A DNA stretch of 32,000 nt from NCBI RefSeq assembly GCF_051307035.1, contig NZ_CP195536.1, positions 2,160,001-2,192,000 of the forward strand, read 5' to 3'. A program made the translations under genes and the position numbers. Source of the stretch: Psychrobacter sp. DM4. GTDB lineage: Bacteria > Pseudomonadota > Gammaproteobacteria > Pseudomonadales > Moraxellaceae. The stretch's first letter is position 1. Every line of letters starts with the position of its first letter. The notes under the pieces were generated by a model. The model had not been told where the DNA came from. It did no database searches and worked only from the letters and a program-made list of their open reading frames with translations. This document shows, in pieces, positions 15,715 to 26,154 of this stretch.

Positions 15715-18700
15715 TTAAAAATGGAAACCTGCACCAACTGCACCGCCTGCATTCCCTTCTGAGTCTGCTGTACCATTCGCTTTTATGACCCAGCGACCGT
15801 TGTCAGATACTTTAGAGAGACCGATGGCAACAGCGCTTTGACCATTGTAGGTTGCAATACCGCCGCCCACCATAGCTTTGCCTGGAATATAAGCTTGTGG
15901 TAGTGAAGACATAGCCATTGCAGCTGATATACCCGCGTTAGCACCGTCTTCCACATCGTTAATCTTATAACCTAAGTCATTCATATTGTTGACAAGTCGA
16001 TTATCAACAGCTCTAAGCTGTGACACGTTAACCGCATCTGAGTCTGCTGTTCCTGCGGCAACACCTGTCACTTGACGGTATACCTCGTTGTTTGCATTAC
16101 CGACAGCTACTGCGCCTGTTGTGCTCGTAGTAGCCGCGATAGCTGCGTCGTTGACAGCGCCATAACCTGCAATGCCTGCGCCTGTCGTCGCTCCAGAACC
16201 TGTACCCAGTACCACTGAACCTTCAACCGTTTCGGTCACATTATTGCCTAGTACAAAGGCATCATTACTATTTACAGTATTGTTATTACCTACTGAGTAG
16301 CTATTGTTACCATCGATGACACTTGGGTCGCCAAACGCACCTGAATTGTTACCATTAACGACGTTGCCTGTACCTACACTAATAGACTGGTTGCCATTCG
16401 CTTGAGCCCCATTACCGATAGCGATAGAAGAAGCGCCGCTAACTACGGAGCCGTTACCAACCACCACAGCGTTTGTCGCCTCTGAGGTCGCTTTGGTATT
16501 AAATCCTAATGCAACAGTATTGTCAGCGCCAGACTCTACAATAGCATTGACACCAATAGCTGTTGAGTTAGCACCGCCAGCACTTGAATCGTTGGTAACT
16601 CCCAAATCCCCTTCAGTACTCACCGCATTTGTGTGCGAGAATTTGACGCCTTGAGTATTCATTTTTTGAACCGTCTCGCCTATGGTTAGACGATCCGTCA
16701 CTTCTTGACCTTCGACATCATAAGTCAAGAATAAAGACTCTTCGTTATCATCATCTAGATTTCTATTGACGACTTGATCCGTTATGTTGACTGTCACCTC
16801 GTTTCCGTCTTGATCAGTCACATTCACGTCAGTAAGATTTTGAGCTATTACACTGTCGAGTTGACCCTTATTAACAGCATCATCTGCATTGATGCCATTA
16901 GCAACGTTACCAAGCGTAGTACCACCACTCACCACAAAGTCGTTGCCATCATCATCGGTATCTATGACTGCTTGAGTACCTGCTAATGATACGCTGTCGT
17001 AATTGACCGTGTTATCAGGGTTACGATCATATTGAACGCTACCTGCAGATAAATCGGTTAAATCTCCAGAAACTGTGTTGAGTTGACCAACAGTTGCTGC
17101 ATCTGTCGTAGCGACTCCATCAGCTAAATTGCTAAGTGCATTACCACCTGCATCAATACCTGCGGTGGTGATGCTTGGGCCGCCTGAAATAGTGAGACCA
17201 TCGGCACCATAAGTACTGGCATTCGTGCCATCGTTTACGACTAAGCCTGCACTGTTCAAAGTACTGTTACCAGTGACAACGCTATCGATATCGAGGTCTC
17301 TGGCAGTTGCAACCTCGTAGTTTGTAGAACCATCAGCATTCGTTGTCGTTGCGACAAGAATGTTCTCACCTTGAGTGACTGTACTCTTGGCTTGAGTCGC
17401 TGCTGTGTTAAGTGATGAGATTGCTCCATCGATAGTGTCAGCACCTGTACCGCCAATGTCAGTTGTGGTGACCACACCACCGTTATTCACAGCATTGCCG
17501 CCAATAATAGTGGCCAAAGACGCAGCGCTGGTATTCAACTGATCACCTGTAACGGCTTCTGTCGATCCCGCAGCTACAGTACCGTTAGCAACCCCTGTGA
17601 GTTGACGATTACCATCGGTTCCAGCAAAGCTGACGCTGTTACCACCCGTTTGAGCGCCAACGGTGATAACGCCAGTGCCCGCGTCTTGACGGACGATGCC
17701 TGTACGACCTGCAGCTAGATCATTGATGTCACCGGTATTGGTGCTGGTACGTGTGTCCAAGTTACCCAACGCGTCGCCGACGTTGGTAAACGGCGCCGCA
17801 TTCGTCCCGGTGTTGGTACCATCGTCAAGCACGTAGCTTGGTGCGGTCACAATGCCTGTTGTAGGATCGAAGGTTGAGTTACCGCCAAGGTTGGTTGCGA
17901 TAGAGCTTGCGGCGGTGTTCAACTGAGCGCCATTGATGGCGTCGGTTGAGTCGTCAGCAAGACTGCCGTCTGCTACGCTTGTGATCACGGTGTTACCGGC
18001 GTCGATACCTGTCGCTGTGAGGCTAGGACCGACTGGTGCATTGTTGTCATCTAAGAAGGTGACGCCTGCTTGGTTAAAGACGGTACTGGTGGTGCCATCG
18101 GTTGTGGTGAAGCCGTCAGCGCCATAGGTACTAGTGTTGGGGCCGTCGGTGACGTTGGTGCCTGTTGCACTGACGGTGGTGATGTTGCCGTTACCATCGT
18201 TAGCGGTGACGCTGTCAACGGTGATGGCGTCCGCTAAGCTGTAGTTGATGCCGTTGTCACTTACGGTGGTGACTAGGTTGGCATCACTGGTAAAGTCAAC
18301 GGTTTCACCCAACTGTACGTTGTCTTCATCGGCCTCGACGCCATTCGCGGTGATGTTAAAGCCAAGGTTGGACTGCGCTTGAACGTTAGCGATGTCACCG
18401 GTATTAGTGCTGGTACGTGTGTCCAAGTTACCCAACGCGTCGCCGACGTTGGTAAACGGCGCCGCATTCGTCCCGGTGTTGGTACCATCGTCAAGCACGT
18501 AGCTTGGTGCGGTCACAATGCCTGTTGTAGGATCGAAGGTTGAGTTACCGCCAAGGTTGGTTGCGATAGAGCTTGCGGCGGTGTTCAACTGAGCGCCATT
18601 GATGGCGTCGGTTGAGTCGTCAGCAAGACTGCCGTCTGCTACGCTTGTGATCACGGTGTTACCGGCGTCGACACCTGTCGCTGTGAGGCTAGGACCGACT

Positions 18701-21700
18701 GGTGCATTGTTGTCATCTAAGAAGGTGACGCCTGCTTGGTTAAAGACGGTACTGGTGGTGCCATCGGTTGTGGTGAAGCCGTCAGCGCCATAGGTACTAG
18801 TGTTGGGGCCGTCGGTGACGTTGGTGCCTGTTGCACTGACGGTGGTGATGTTGCCGTTACCATCGTTAGCGGTGACGCTGTCAACGGTGATGGCGTCCGC
18901 TAAGCTGTAGTTGATGCCGTTGTCACTTACGGTGGTGACTAGGTTGGCATCACTGGTAAAGTCAACGGTTTCACCCAACTGTACGTTGTCTTCATCGGCC
19001 TCGACGCCATTCGCGGTGATGTTAAAGCCAAGGTTGGACTGCGCTTGAACGTTAGCGATGTCACCGGTATTGGTGCTGGTACGTGTGTCCAAGTTACCCA
19101 ACGCGTCGCCGACGTTGGTAAACGGCGCCGCATTCGTCCCGGTGTTGGTACCATCGTCAAGCACGTAGCTTGGTGCGGTCACAATGCCTGTTGTAGGATC
19201 GAAGGTTGAGTTACCGCCAAGGTTGGTTGCGATAGAGCTTGCGGCGGTGTTCAACTGAGCGCCATTGATGGCGTCGGTTGAGTCGTCAGCAAGACTGCCG
19301 TCTGCTACGCTTGTGATCACGGTGTTACCGGCGTCGATACCTGTCGCTGTGAGGCTAGGACCGACTGGTGCATTGTTGTCATCTAAGAAGGTGACGCCTG
19401 CTTGGTTAAAGACGGTACTGGTGGTGCCATCGGTTGTGGTGAAGCCGTCAGCGCCATAGGTACTAGTGTTGGGGCCGTCGGTGACGTTGGTGCCTGTTGC
19501 ACTGACGGTGGTGATGTTGCCGTTACCATCGTTAGCGGTGACGCTGTCAACGGTGATGGCGTCCGCTAAGCTGTAGTTGATGCCGTTGTCACTTACGGTG
19601 GTGACTAGGTTGGCATCACTGGTAAAGTCAACGGTTTCACCCAACTGTACGTTGTCTTCATCGGCCTCGACGCCATTCGCGGTGATGTTAAAGCCAAGGT
19701 TGGACTGCGCTTGAACGTTAGCGATGTCACCGGTATTGGTGCTGGTACGTGTGTCCAAGTTACCCAACGCGTCGCCGACGTTGGTAAACGGCGCCGCATT
19801 CGTCCCGGTGTTGGTACCATCGTCAAGCACGTAGCTTGGTGCGGTCACAATGCCTGTTGTAGGATCGAAGGTTGAGTTACCGCCAAGGTTGGTTGCGATA
19901 GAGCTTGCGGCGGTGTTCAACTGAGCGCCATTGATGGCGTCGGTTGAGTCGTCAGCAAGACTGCCGTCTGCTACGCTTGTGATCACGGTGTTACCGGCGT
20001 CGACACCTGTCGCTGTGAGGCTAGGACCGACTGGTGCATTGTTGTCATCTAAGAAGGTGACGCCTGCTTGGTTAAAGACGGTACTGGTGGTGCCATCGGT
20101 TGTGGTGAAGCCGTCAGCGCCATAGGTACTAGTGTTGGGGCCGTCGGTGACGTTGGTGCCTGTTGCACTGACGGTGGTGATGTTGCCGTTACCATCGTTA
20201 GCGGTGACGCTGTCAACGGTGATGGCGTCCGCTAAGCTGTAGTTGATGCCGTTGTCACTTACGGTGGTGACTAGGTTGGCATCACTGGTAAAGTCAACGG
20301 TTTCACCCAACTGTACGTTGTCTTCATCGGCCTCGACGCCATTCGCGGTGATGTTAAAGCCAAGGTTGGACTGCGCTTGAACGTTAGCGATGTCACCGGT
20401 ATTGGTGCTGGTACGTGTGTCCAAGTTACCCAACGCGTCGCCGACGTTGGTAAACGGCGCCGCATTCGTCCCGGTGTTGGTACCATCGTCAAGCACGTAG
20501 CTTGGTGCGGTCACAATGCCTGTTGTAGGATCGAAGGTTGAGTTACCGCCAAGGTTGGTTGCGATAGAGCTTGCGGCGGTGTTCAACTGAGCGCCATTGA
20601 TGGCGTCGGTTGAGTCGTCAGCAAGACTGCCGTCTGCTACGCTTGTGATCACGGTGTTACCGGCGTCGATACCTGTCGCTGTGAGGCTAGGACCGACTGG
20701 TGCATTGTTGTCATCTAAGAAGGTGACGCCTGCTTGGTTAAAGACGGTACTGGTGGTGCCATCGGTTGTGGTGAAGCCGTCAGCGCCATAGGTACTAGTG
20801 TTGGGGCCGTCGGTGACGTTGGTGCCTGTTGCACTGACGGTGGTGATGTTGCCGTTACCATCGTTAGCGGTGACGCTGTCAACGGTGATGGCGTCCGCTA
20901 AGCTGTAGTTGATGCCGTTGTCACTTACGGTGGTGACTAGGTTGGCATCACTGGTAAAGTCAACGGTTTCACCCAACTGTACGTTGTCTTCATCGGCCTC
21001 GACGCCATTCGCGGTGATGTTAAAGCCAAGGTTGGACTGCGCTTGAACGTTAGCGATGTCACCGGTATTAGTGCTGGTACGTGTGTCCAAGTTACCCAAC
21101 GCGTCGCCGACGTTGGTAAACGGCGCCGCATTCGTCCCGGTGTTGGTACCATCGTCAAGCACGTAGCTTGGTGCGGTCACAATGCCTGTTGTAGGATCGA
21201 AGGTTGAGTTACCGCCAAGGTTGGTTGCGATAGAGCTTGCGGCGGTGTTCAACTGAGCGCCATTGATGGCGTCGGTTGAGTCGTCAGCAAGACTGCCGTC
21301 TGCTACGCTTGTGATCACGGTGTTACCGGCGTCGACACCTGTCGCTGTGAGGCTAGGACCGACTGGTGCATTGTTGTCATCTAAGAAGGTGACGCCTGCT
21401 TGGTTAAAGACGGTACTGGTGGTGCCATCGGTTGTGGTGAAGCCGTCAGCGCCATAGGTACTAGTGTTGGGGCCGTCGGTGACGTTGGTGCCTGTTGCAC
21501 TGACGGTGGTGATGTTGCCGTTACCATCGTTAGCGGTGACGCTGTCAACGGTGATGGCGTCCGCTAAGCTGTAGTTGATGCCGTTGTCACTTACGGTGGT
21601 GACTAGGTTGGCATCACTGGTAAAGTCAACGGTTTCACCCAACTGTACGTTGTCTTCATCGGCCTCGACGCCATTCGCGGTGATGTTAAAGCCAAGGTTG

Positions 21701-24700
21701 GACTGCGCTTGAACGTTAGCGATGTCACCGGTATTGGTGCTGGTACGTGTGTCCAAGTTACCCAACGCGTCGCCGACGTTGGTAAACGGCGCCGCATTCG
21801 TCCCGGTGTTGGTACCATCGTCAAGCACGTAGCTTGGTGCGGTCACAATGCCTGTTGTAGGATCGAAGGTTGAGTTACCGCCAAGGTTGGTTGCGATAGA
21901 GCTTGCGGCGGTGTTCAACTGAGCGCCATTGATGGCGTCGGTTGAGTCGTCAGCAAGACTGCCGTCTGCTACGCTTGTGATCACGGTGTTACCGGCGTCG
22001 ATACCTGTCGCTGTGAGGCTAGGACCGACTGGTGCATTGTTGTCATCTAAGAAGGTGACGCCTGCTTGGTTAAAGACGGTACTGGTGGTGCCATCGGTTG
22101 TGGTGAAGCCGTCAGCGCCATAGGTACTAGTGTTGGGGCCGTCGGTGACGTTGGTGCCTGTTGCACTGACGGTGGTGATGTTGCCGTTACCATCGTTAGC
22201 GGTGACGCTGTCAACGGTGATGGCGTCCGCTAAGCTGTAGTTGATGCCGTTGTCACTTACGGTGGTGACTAGGTTGGCATCACTGGTAAAGTCAACGGTT
22301 TCACCCAACTGTACGTTGTCTTCATCGGCCTCGACGCCATTCGCGGTGATGTTAAAGCCAAGGTTGGACTGCGCTTGAACGTTAGCGATGTCACCGGTAT
22401 TGGTGCTGGTACGTGTGTCCAAGTTACCCAACGCGTCGCCGACGTTGGTAAACGGCGCCGCATTCGTCCCGGTGTTGGTACCATCGTCAAGCACGTAGCT
22501 TGGTGCGGTCACAATGCCTGTTGTAGGATCGAAGGTTGAGTTACCGCCAAGGTTGGTTGCGATAGAGCTTGCGGCGGTGTTCAACTGAGCGCCATTGATG
22601 GCGTCGGTTGAGTCGTCAGCAAGACTGCCGTCTGCTACGCTTGTGATCACGGTGTTACCGGCGTCGACACCTGTCGCTGTGAGGCTAGGACCGACTGGTG
22701 CATTGTTGTCATCTAAGAAGGTGACGCCTGCTTGGTTAAAGACGGTACTGGTGGTGCCATCGGTTGTGGTGAAGCCGTCAGCGCCATAGGTACTAGTGTT
22801 GGGGCCGTCGGTGACGTTGGTGCCTGTTGCACTGACGGTGGTGATGTTGCCGTTACCATCGTTAGCGGTGACGCTGTCAACGGTGATGGCGTCCGCTAAG
22901 CTGTAGTTGATGCCGTTGTCACTTACGGTGGTGACTAGGTTGGCATCACTGGTAAAGTCAACGGTTTCACCCAACTGTACGTTGTCTTCATCGGCCTCGA
23001 CGCCATTCGCGGTGATGTTAAAGCCAAGGTTGGACTGCGCTTGAACGTTAGCGATGTCACCGGTATTGGTGCTGGTACGTGTGTCCAAGTTACCCAACGC
23101 GTCGCCGACGTTGGTAAACGGCGCCGCATTCGTCCCGGTGTTGGTACCATCGTCAAGCACGTAGCTTGGTGCGGTCACAATGCCTGTTGTAGGATCGAAG
23201 GTTGAGTTACCGCCAAGGTTGGTTGCGATAGAGCTTGCGGCGGTGTTCAACTGAGCGCCATTGATGGCGTCGGTTGAGTCGTCAGCAAGACTGCCGTCTG
23301 CTACGCTTGTGATCACGGTGTTACCGGCGTCGATACCTGTCGCTGTGAGGCTAGGACCGACTGGTGCATTGTTGTCATCTAAGAAGGTGACGCCTGCTTG
23401 GTTAAAGACGGTACTGGTGGTGCCATCGGTTGTGGTGAAGCCGTCAGCGCCATAGGTACTAGTGTTGGGGCCGTCGGTGACGTTGGTGCCTGTTGCACTG
23501 ACGGTGGTGATGTTGCCGTTACCATCGTTAGCGGTGACGCTGTCAACGGTGATGGCGTCCGCTAAGCTGTAGTTGATGCCGTTGTCACTTACGGTGGTGA
23601 CTAGGTTGGCATCACTGGTAAAGTCAACGGTTTCACCCAACTGTACGTTGTCTTCATCGGCCTCGACGCCATTCGCGGTGATGTTAAAGCCAAGGTTGGA
23701 CTGCGCTTGAACGTTAGCGATGTCACCGGTATTGGTGCTGGTACGTGTGTCCAAGTTACCCAACGCGTCGCCGACGTTGGTAAACGGCGCCGCATTCGTC
23801 CCGGTGTTGGTACCATCGTCAAGCACGTAGCTTGGTGCGGTCACAATGCCTGTTGTAGGATCGAAGGTTGAGTTACCGCCAAGGTTGGTTGCGATAGAGC
23901 TTGCGGCGGTGTTCAACTGAGCGCCATTGATGGCGTCGGTTGAGTCGTCAGCAAGACTGCCGTCTGCTACGCTTGTGATCACGGTGTTACCGGCGTCGAT
24001 ACCTGTCGCTGTGAGGCTAGGACCGACTGGTGCATTGTTGTCATCTAAGAAGGTGACGCCTGCTTGGTTAAAGACGGTACTGGTGGTGCCATCGGTTGTG
24101 GTGAAGCCGTCAGCGCCATAGGTACTAGTGTTGGGGCCGTCGGTGACGTTGGTGCCTGTTGCACTGACGGTGGTGATGTTGCCGTTACCATCGTTAGCGG
24201 TGACGCTGTCAACGGTGATGGCGTCCGCTAAGCTGTAGTTGATGCCGTTGTCACTTACGGTGGTGACTAGGTTGGCATCACTGGTAAAGTCAACGGTTTC
24301 ACCCAACTGTACGTTGTCTTCATCGGCCTCGACGCCATTCGCGGTGATGTTAAAGCCAAGGTCTGCTGCCGTCTGAGCAGCATTTGCAGCGTTTTGCGCA
24401 TTTGTCACATTATTGTTAGTTGTCGTCAGCTGACCGAAGTTCACTGCATCTGTAGCAACTGTGCCTGCTGCAACACCCGTAATTTTATTATTATTTAAAT
24501 TAGCACCACCGTTTAGATTAGATGCACCAGTGACAGTCAACGATCCTGCATTCATCGCACCAGTTGAAGTGACTGTCGTAAATGTCGGTGTCGCTGAAGT
24601 ACCGATAGTGACATTATTACCTGCACGAGTGATCTCAACATTATTGCCATCGATGAATGTAACCGTATCACCTGCCGCTACTGCGGTTGACGTATCAGTA

Positions 24701-26154
24701 TTTGCACGCAGTCTAAAGGTCTGGTTTTGTAAGCTTGTGATATTACCTGTGTTCGTCGTAGTGCGACCGTCTATGTTTCCAAGTGCCGCACCCACATTGT
24801 TAAAAGTTGCACCGTCTACGTTGTAAGTCGGTAAGCTAACCGCGCCGTTATTCGCAGTATAAGTAGATCCACCACCAAGCGCCGCTGCAGTATCAGTTCC
24901 TTGACGATTGGTTCTTGTGTTCTGCTCTGTCAATTGAGCGACGTTCACCGCATCAGTCGCAGCTGATCCACCTGCGACATTCTGAATACGTCTGGTCGCA
25001 GCAGCGGTGCCGACAGACACCACACCATTTGCAGGTACTACAGCGACATTAGTCAAGAACGAGTTGCCAGCTGGTGTGGTTGTCGTTGAGCCTGCACCCA
25101 AAGCGACAGAGTTAGCGATGTTTGCATTGGCAGTGGCACCGATACTAATACTAGAAGTTCCAGTCGCTTCAGAGGACTGACCAATGGCGATGGCACGAGT
25201 GTTAGTGGCTCTTGCACCGCCTGCGTTATTACCACCACTACCGATGGCGATAGCTCCCTGACCACTAGTTTGAGCGGCGCCGCCGCCAGCTGTACCGCCG
25301 CCTATGGCAACAGAGGATTGACCTGTTGAGCTTGCAGCACGACCGATGCTGACACCGTATTGCGTATTACTACTAGTGTCCGCACCGAGGGCAACGGTGT
25401 TTTGAGCTGCTGCATTAGCATTTTCGCCAAGGGCATAAGCATTGGCGCTAGAAGCCCTAGAACCTGCGCCAATAGCAACAGAGTTTGCAGCTGAAGCCTC
25501 TGCACCAGACATGAGAGCTAAGGCATGGTTACCTGAGGCAATAGCACCATTTAAGCCATTAGTTGTGGCATTTCCACTTGACCCGATAGCAACAGAACCA
25601 ATACCATTGGCAATTGGGCTATCTAAGTTTGGAGTTAAACCACTACCAATAGCGACCCCACCTGCACCAGTAGATGTCGTAGGATTACTATTAAAATTTG
25701 AACCAATGATAACCGCTTGTGCAGCATTACTATCTGCAATAATATCATTACCGATAACGGTTGATTGTGAACCTGCTGCTTCAAGATTTGCGCCTATTGC
25801 AATTGTCTCTGCACCTGAGGCACAAGCAACATTACCCACACCTCCATTTCCAATAGCTATCGAAGAAGCTTCAGTACCAAAACCAGTAGCATCCCTTGTA
25901 CAGTTTGCAAAAGTCGACCCGCCGCCTACTTCATAGCCTGCTACTGCCTGCATACTAAATCCAGTAGCAGCCATTCCCACACATAATGCACTTAATTTTA
26001 CTAGTCGTGCACCTTCTGCCATAGCGCCTGTAGAAGGACTAGCGCCAGAGCTGACAGTACCACTCGAAGATTTGCCGCGGCTCTTAGCATATTCAGCGAC
26101 AGCCGTAAAACAGCCTAATGAGCGGTTCCAAACAACTTTAAAGTTACGATTCAT
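15715..26154 (-). CDS. Giant trimeric autotransporter adhesin (Ata/AtaA/YadA-family), 3479 aa
   Basis: The N terminus carries an extended signal peptide region (MNRNFKVVWNRSLGCFTAVAEYAKSRGK ... SMQAVA, about aa 1-72). YadA-type head repeats (xSIAIGxxAxAxG) occupy about nt 25000-25938, and neck motifs are present (RRIQNVAGGSAATDAVNVAQL). A long repetitive stalk follows, then a second head-like repeat block at about nt 16190-16590. The C terminus is a YadA-type beta-barrel anchor (...GISAAMAMSSLPQ...GRWVIKANGTADSEGNAGGAVGAGFHF). The Shine-Dalgarno AAGGAAGAAG precedes the ATG. Confidence 0.95.
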   Translation of the reverse strand: MNRNFKVVWNRSLGCFTAVAEYAKSRGKSSSGTVSSGASPSTGAMAEGARLVKLSALCVGMAATGFSMQAVAGYEVGGGSTFANCTRDATGFGTEASSIAIGNGGVGNVACASGAETIAIGANLEAAGSQSTVIGNDIIADSNAAQAVIIGSNFNSNPTTSTGAGGVAIGSGLTPNLDSPIANGIGSVAIGSSGNATTNGLNGAIASGNHALALMSGAEASAANSVAIGAGSRASSANAYALGENANAAAQNTVALGADTSSNTQYGVSIGRAASSTGQSSVAIGGGTAGGGAAQTSGQGAIAIGSGGNNAGGARATNTRAIAIGQSSEATGTSSISIGATANANIANSVALGAGSTTTTPAGNSFLTNVAVVPANGVVSVGTAAATRRIQNVAGGSAATDAVNVAQLTEQNTRTNRQGTDTAAALGGGSTYTANNGAVSLPTYNVDGATFNNVGAALGNIDGRTTTNTGNITSLQNQTFRLRANTDTSTAVAAGDTVTFIDGNNVEITRAGNNVTIGTSATPTFTTVTSTGAMNAGSLTVTGASNLNGGANLNNNKITGVAAGTVATDAVNFGQLTTTNNNVTNAQNAANAAQTAADLGFNITANGVEADEDNVQLGETVDFTSDANLVTTVSDNGINYSLADAITVDSVTANDGNGNITTVSATGTNVTDGPNTSTYGADGFTTTDGTTSTVFNQAGVTFLDDNNAPVGPSLTATGIDAGNTVITSVADGSLADDSTDAINGAQLNTAASSIATNLGGNSTFDPTTGIVTAPSYVLDDGTNTGTNAAPFTNVGDALGNLDTRTSTNTGDIANVQAQSNLGFNITANGVEADEDNVQLGETVDFTSDANLVTTVSDNGINYSLADAITVDSVTANDGNGNITTVSATGTNVTDGPNTSTYGADGFTTTDGTTSTVFNQAGVTFLDDNNAPVGPSLTATGIDAGNTVITSVADGSLADDSTDAINGAQLNTAASSIATNLGGNSTFDPTTGIVTAPSYVLDDGTNTGTNAAPFTNVGDALGNLDTRTSTNTGDIANVQAQSNLGFNITANGVEADEDNVQLGETVDFTSDANLVTTVSDNGINYSLADAITVDSVTANDGNGNITTVSATGTNVTDGPNTSTYGADGFTTTDGTTSTVFNQAGVTFLDDNNAPVGPSLTATGVDAGNTVITSVADGSLADDSTDAINGAQLNTAASSIATNLGGNSTFDPTTGIVTAPSYVLDDGTNTGTNAAPFTNVGDALGNLDTRTSTNTGDIANVQAQSNLGFNITANGVEADEDNVQLGETVDFTSDANLVTTVSDNGINYSLADAITVDSVTANDGNGNITTVSATGTNVTDGPNTSTYGADGFTTTDGTTSTVFNQAGVTFLDDNNAPVGPSLTATGIDAGNTVITSVADGSLADDSTDAINGAQLNTAASSIATNLGGNSTFDPTTGIVTAPSYVLDDGTNTGTNAAPFTNVGDALGNLDTRTSTNTGDIANVQAQSNLGFNITANGVEADEDNVQLGETVDFTSDANLVTTVSDNGINYSLADAITVDSVTANDGNGNITTVSATGTNVTDGPNTSTYGADGFTTTDGTTSTVFNQAGVTFLDDNNAPVGPSLTATGVDAGNTVITSVADGSLADDSTDAINGAQLNTAASSIATNLGGNSTFDPTTGIVTAPSYVLDDGTNTGTNAAPFTNVGDALGNLDTRTSTNTGDIANVQAQSNLGFNITANGVEADEDNVQLGETVDFTSDANLVTTVSDNGINYSLADAITVDSVTANDGNGNITTVSATGTNVTDGPNTSTYGADGFTTTDGTTSTVFNQAGVTFLDDNNAPVGPSLTATGIDAGNTVITSVADGSLADDSTDAINGAQLNTAASSIATNLGGNSTFDPTTGIVTAPSYVLDDGTNTGTNAAPFTNVGDALGNLDTRTSTNTGDIANVQAQSNLGFNITANGVEADEDNVQLGETVDFTSDANLVTTVSDNGINYSLADAITVDSVTANDGNGNITTVSATGTNVTDGPNTSTYGADGFTTTDGTTSTVFNQAGVTFLDDNNAPVGPSLTATGVDAGNTVITSVADGSLADDSTDAINGAQLNTAASSIATNLGGNSTFDPTTGIVTAPSYVLDDGTNTGTNAAPFTNVGDALGNLDTRTSTNTGDIANVQAQSNLGFNITANGVEADEDNVQLGETVDFTSDANLVTTVSDNGINYSLADAITVDSVTANDGNGNITTVSATGTNVTDGPNTSTYGADGFTTTDGTTSTVFNQAGVTFLDDNNAPVGPSLTATGIDAGNTVITSVADGSLADDSTDAINGAQLNTAASSIATNLGGNSTFDPTTGIVTAPSYVLDDGTNTGTNAAPFTNVGDALGNLDTRTSTNTGDIANVQAQSNLGFNITANGVEADEDNVQLGETVDFTSDANLVTTVSDNGINYSLADAITVDSVTANDGNGNITTVSATGTNVTDGPNTSTYGADGFTTTDGTTSTVFNQAGVTFLDDNNAPVGPSLTATGVDAGNTVITSVADGSLADDSTDAINGAQLNTAASSIATNLGGNSTFDPTTGIVTAPSYVLDDGTNTGTNAAPFTNVGDALGNLDTRTSTNTGDIANVQAQSNLGFNITANGVEADEDNVQLGETVDFTSDANLVTTVSDNGINYSLADAITVDSVTANDGNGNITTVSATGTNVTDGPNTSTYGADGFTTTDGTTSTVFNQAGVTFLDDNNAPVGPSLTATGIDAGNTVITSVADGSLADDSTDAINGAQLNTAASSIATNLGGNSTFDPTTGIVTAPSYVLDDGTNTGTNAAPFTNVGDALGNLDTRTSTNTGDINDLAAGRTGIVRQDAGTGVITVGAQTGGNSVSFAGTDGNRQLTGVANGTVAAGSTEAVTGDQLNTSAASLATIIGGNAVNNGGVVTTTDIGGTGADTIDGAISSLNTAATQAKSTVTQGENILVATTTNADGSTNYEVATARDLDIDSVVTGNSTLNSAGLVVNDGTNASTYGADGLTISGGPSITTAGIDAGGNALSNLADGVATTDAATVGQLNTVSGDLTDLSAGSVQYDRNPDNTVNYDSVSLAGTQAVIDTDDDGNDFVVSGGTTLGNVANGINADDAVNKGQLDSVIAQNLTDVNVTDQDGNEVTVNITDQVVNRNLDDDNEESLFLTYDVEGQEVTDRLTIGETVQKMNTQGVKFSHTNAVSTEGDLGVTNDSSAGGANSTAIGVNAIVESGADNTVALGFNTKATSEATNAVVVGNGSVVSGASSIAIGNGAQANGNQSISVGTGNVVNGNNSGAFGDPSVIDGNNSYSVGNNNTVNSNDAFVLGNNVTETVEGSVVLGTGSGATTGAGIAGYGAVNDAAIAATTSTTGAVAVGNANNEVYRQVTGVAAGTADSDAVNVSQLRAVDNRLVNNMNDLGYKINDVEDGANAGISAAMAMSSLPQAYIPGKAMVGGGIATYNGQSAVAIGLSKVSDNGRWVIKANGTADSEGNAGGAVGAGFHF
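17725..24362 (-). repeat. Tandem array of about 9.97 x 666-bp (222-aa) near-identical in-frame units within the TAA stalk
   Basis: Shadow ORFs recur every 666 bp (17933, 18599, ... 23927). My base-by-base comparison of units 1, 2 and 6 found only two variable positions. At protein level all ten units are identical except for one I/V site. Confidence 0.95.

Noticed and set aside
17933-24121. Twenty periodic small ORFs (64 aa on the plus strand, 73 aa on the minus strand) recurring every 666 bp inside the adhesin gene.
   Set aside because: They are alternative-frame shadows of the tandem repeat inside a strongly supported 3479-aa CDS. Their periodicity only reflects the repeat. They were useful solely for exposing the two variable sites.
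17725-24362. Regular 666-bp periodic repeats that could superficially suggest a CRISPR or satellite array.
   Set aside because: The units are contiguous with no unique spacers. They are in frame and encode adhesin stalk modules, and no cas genes are present.
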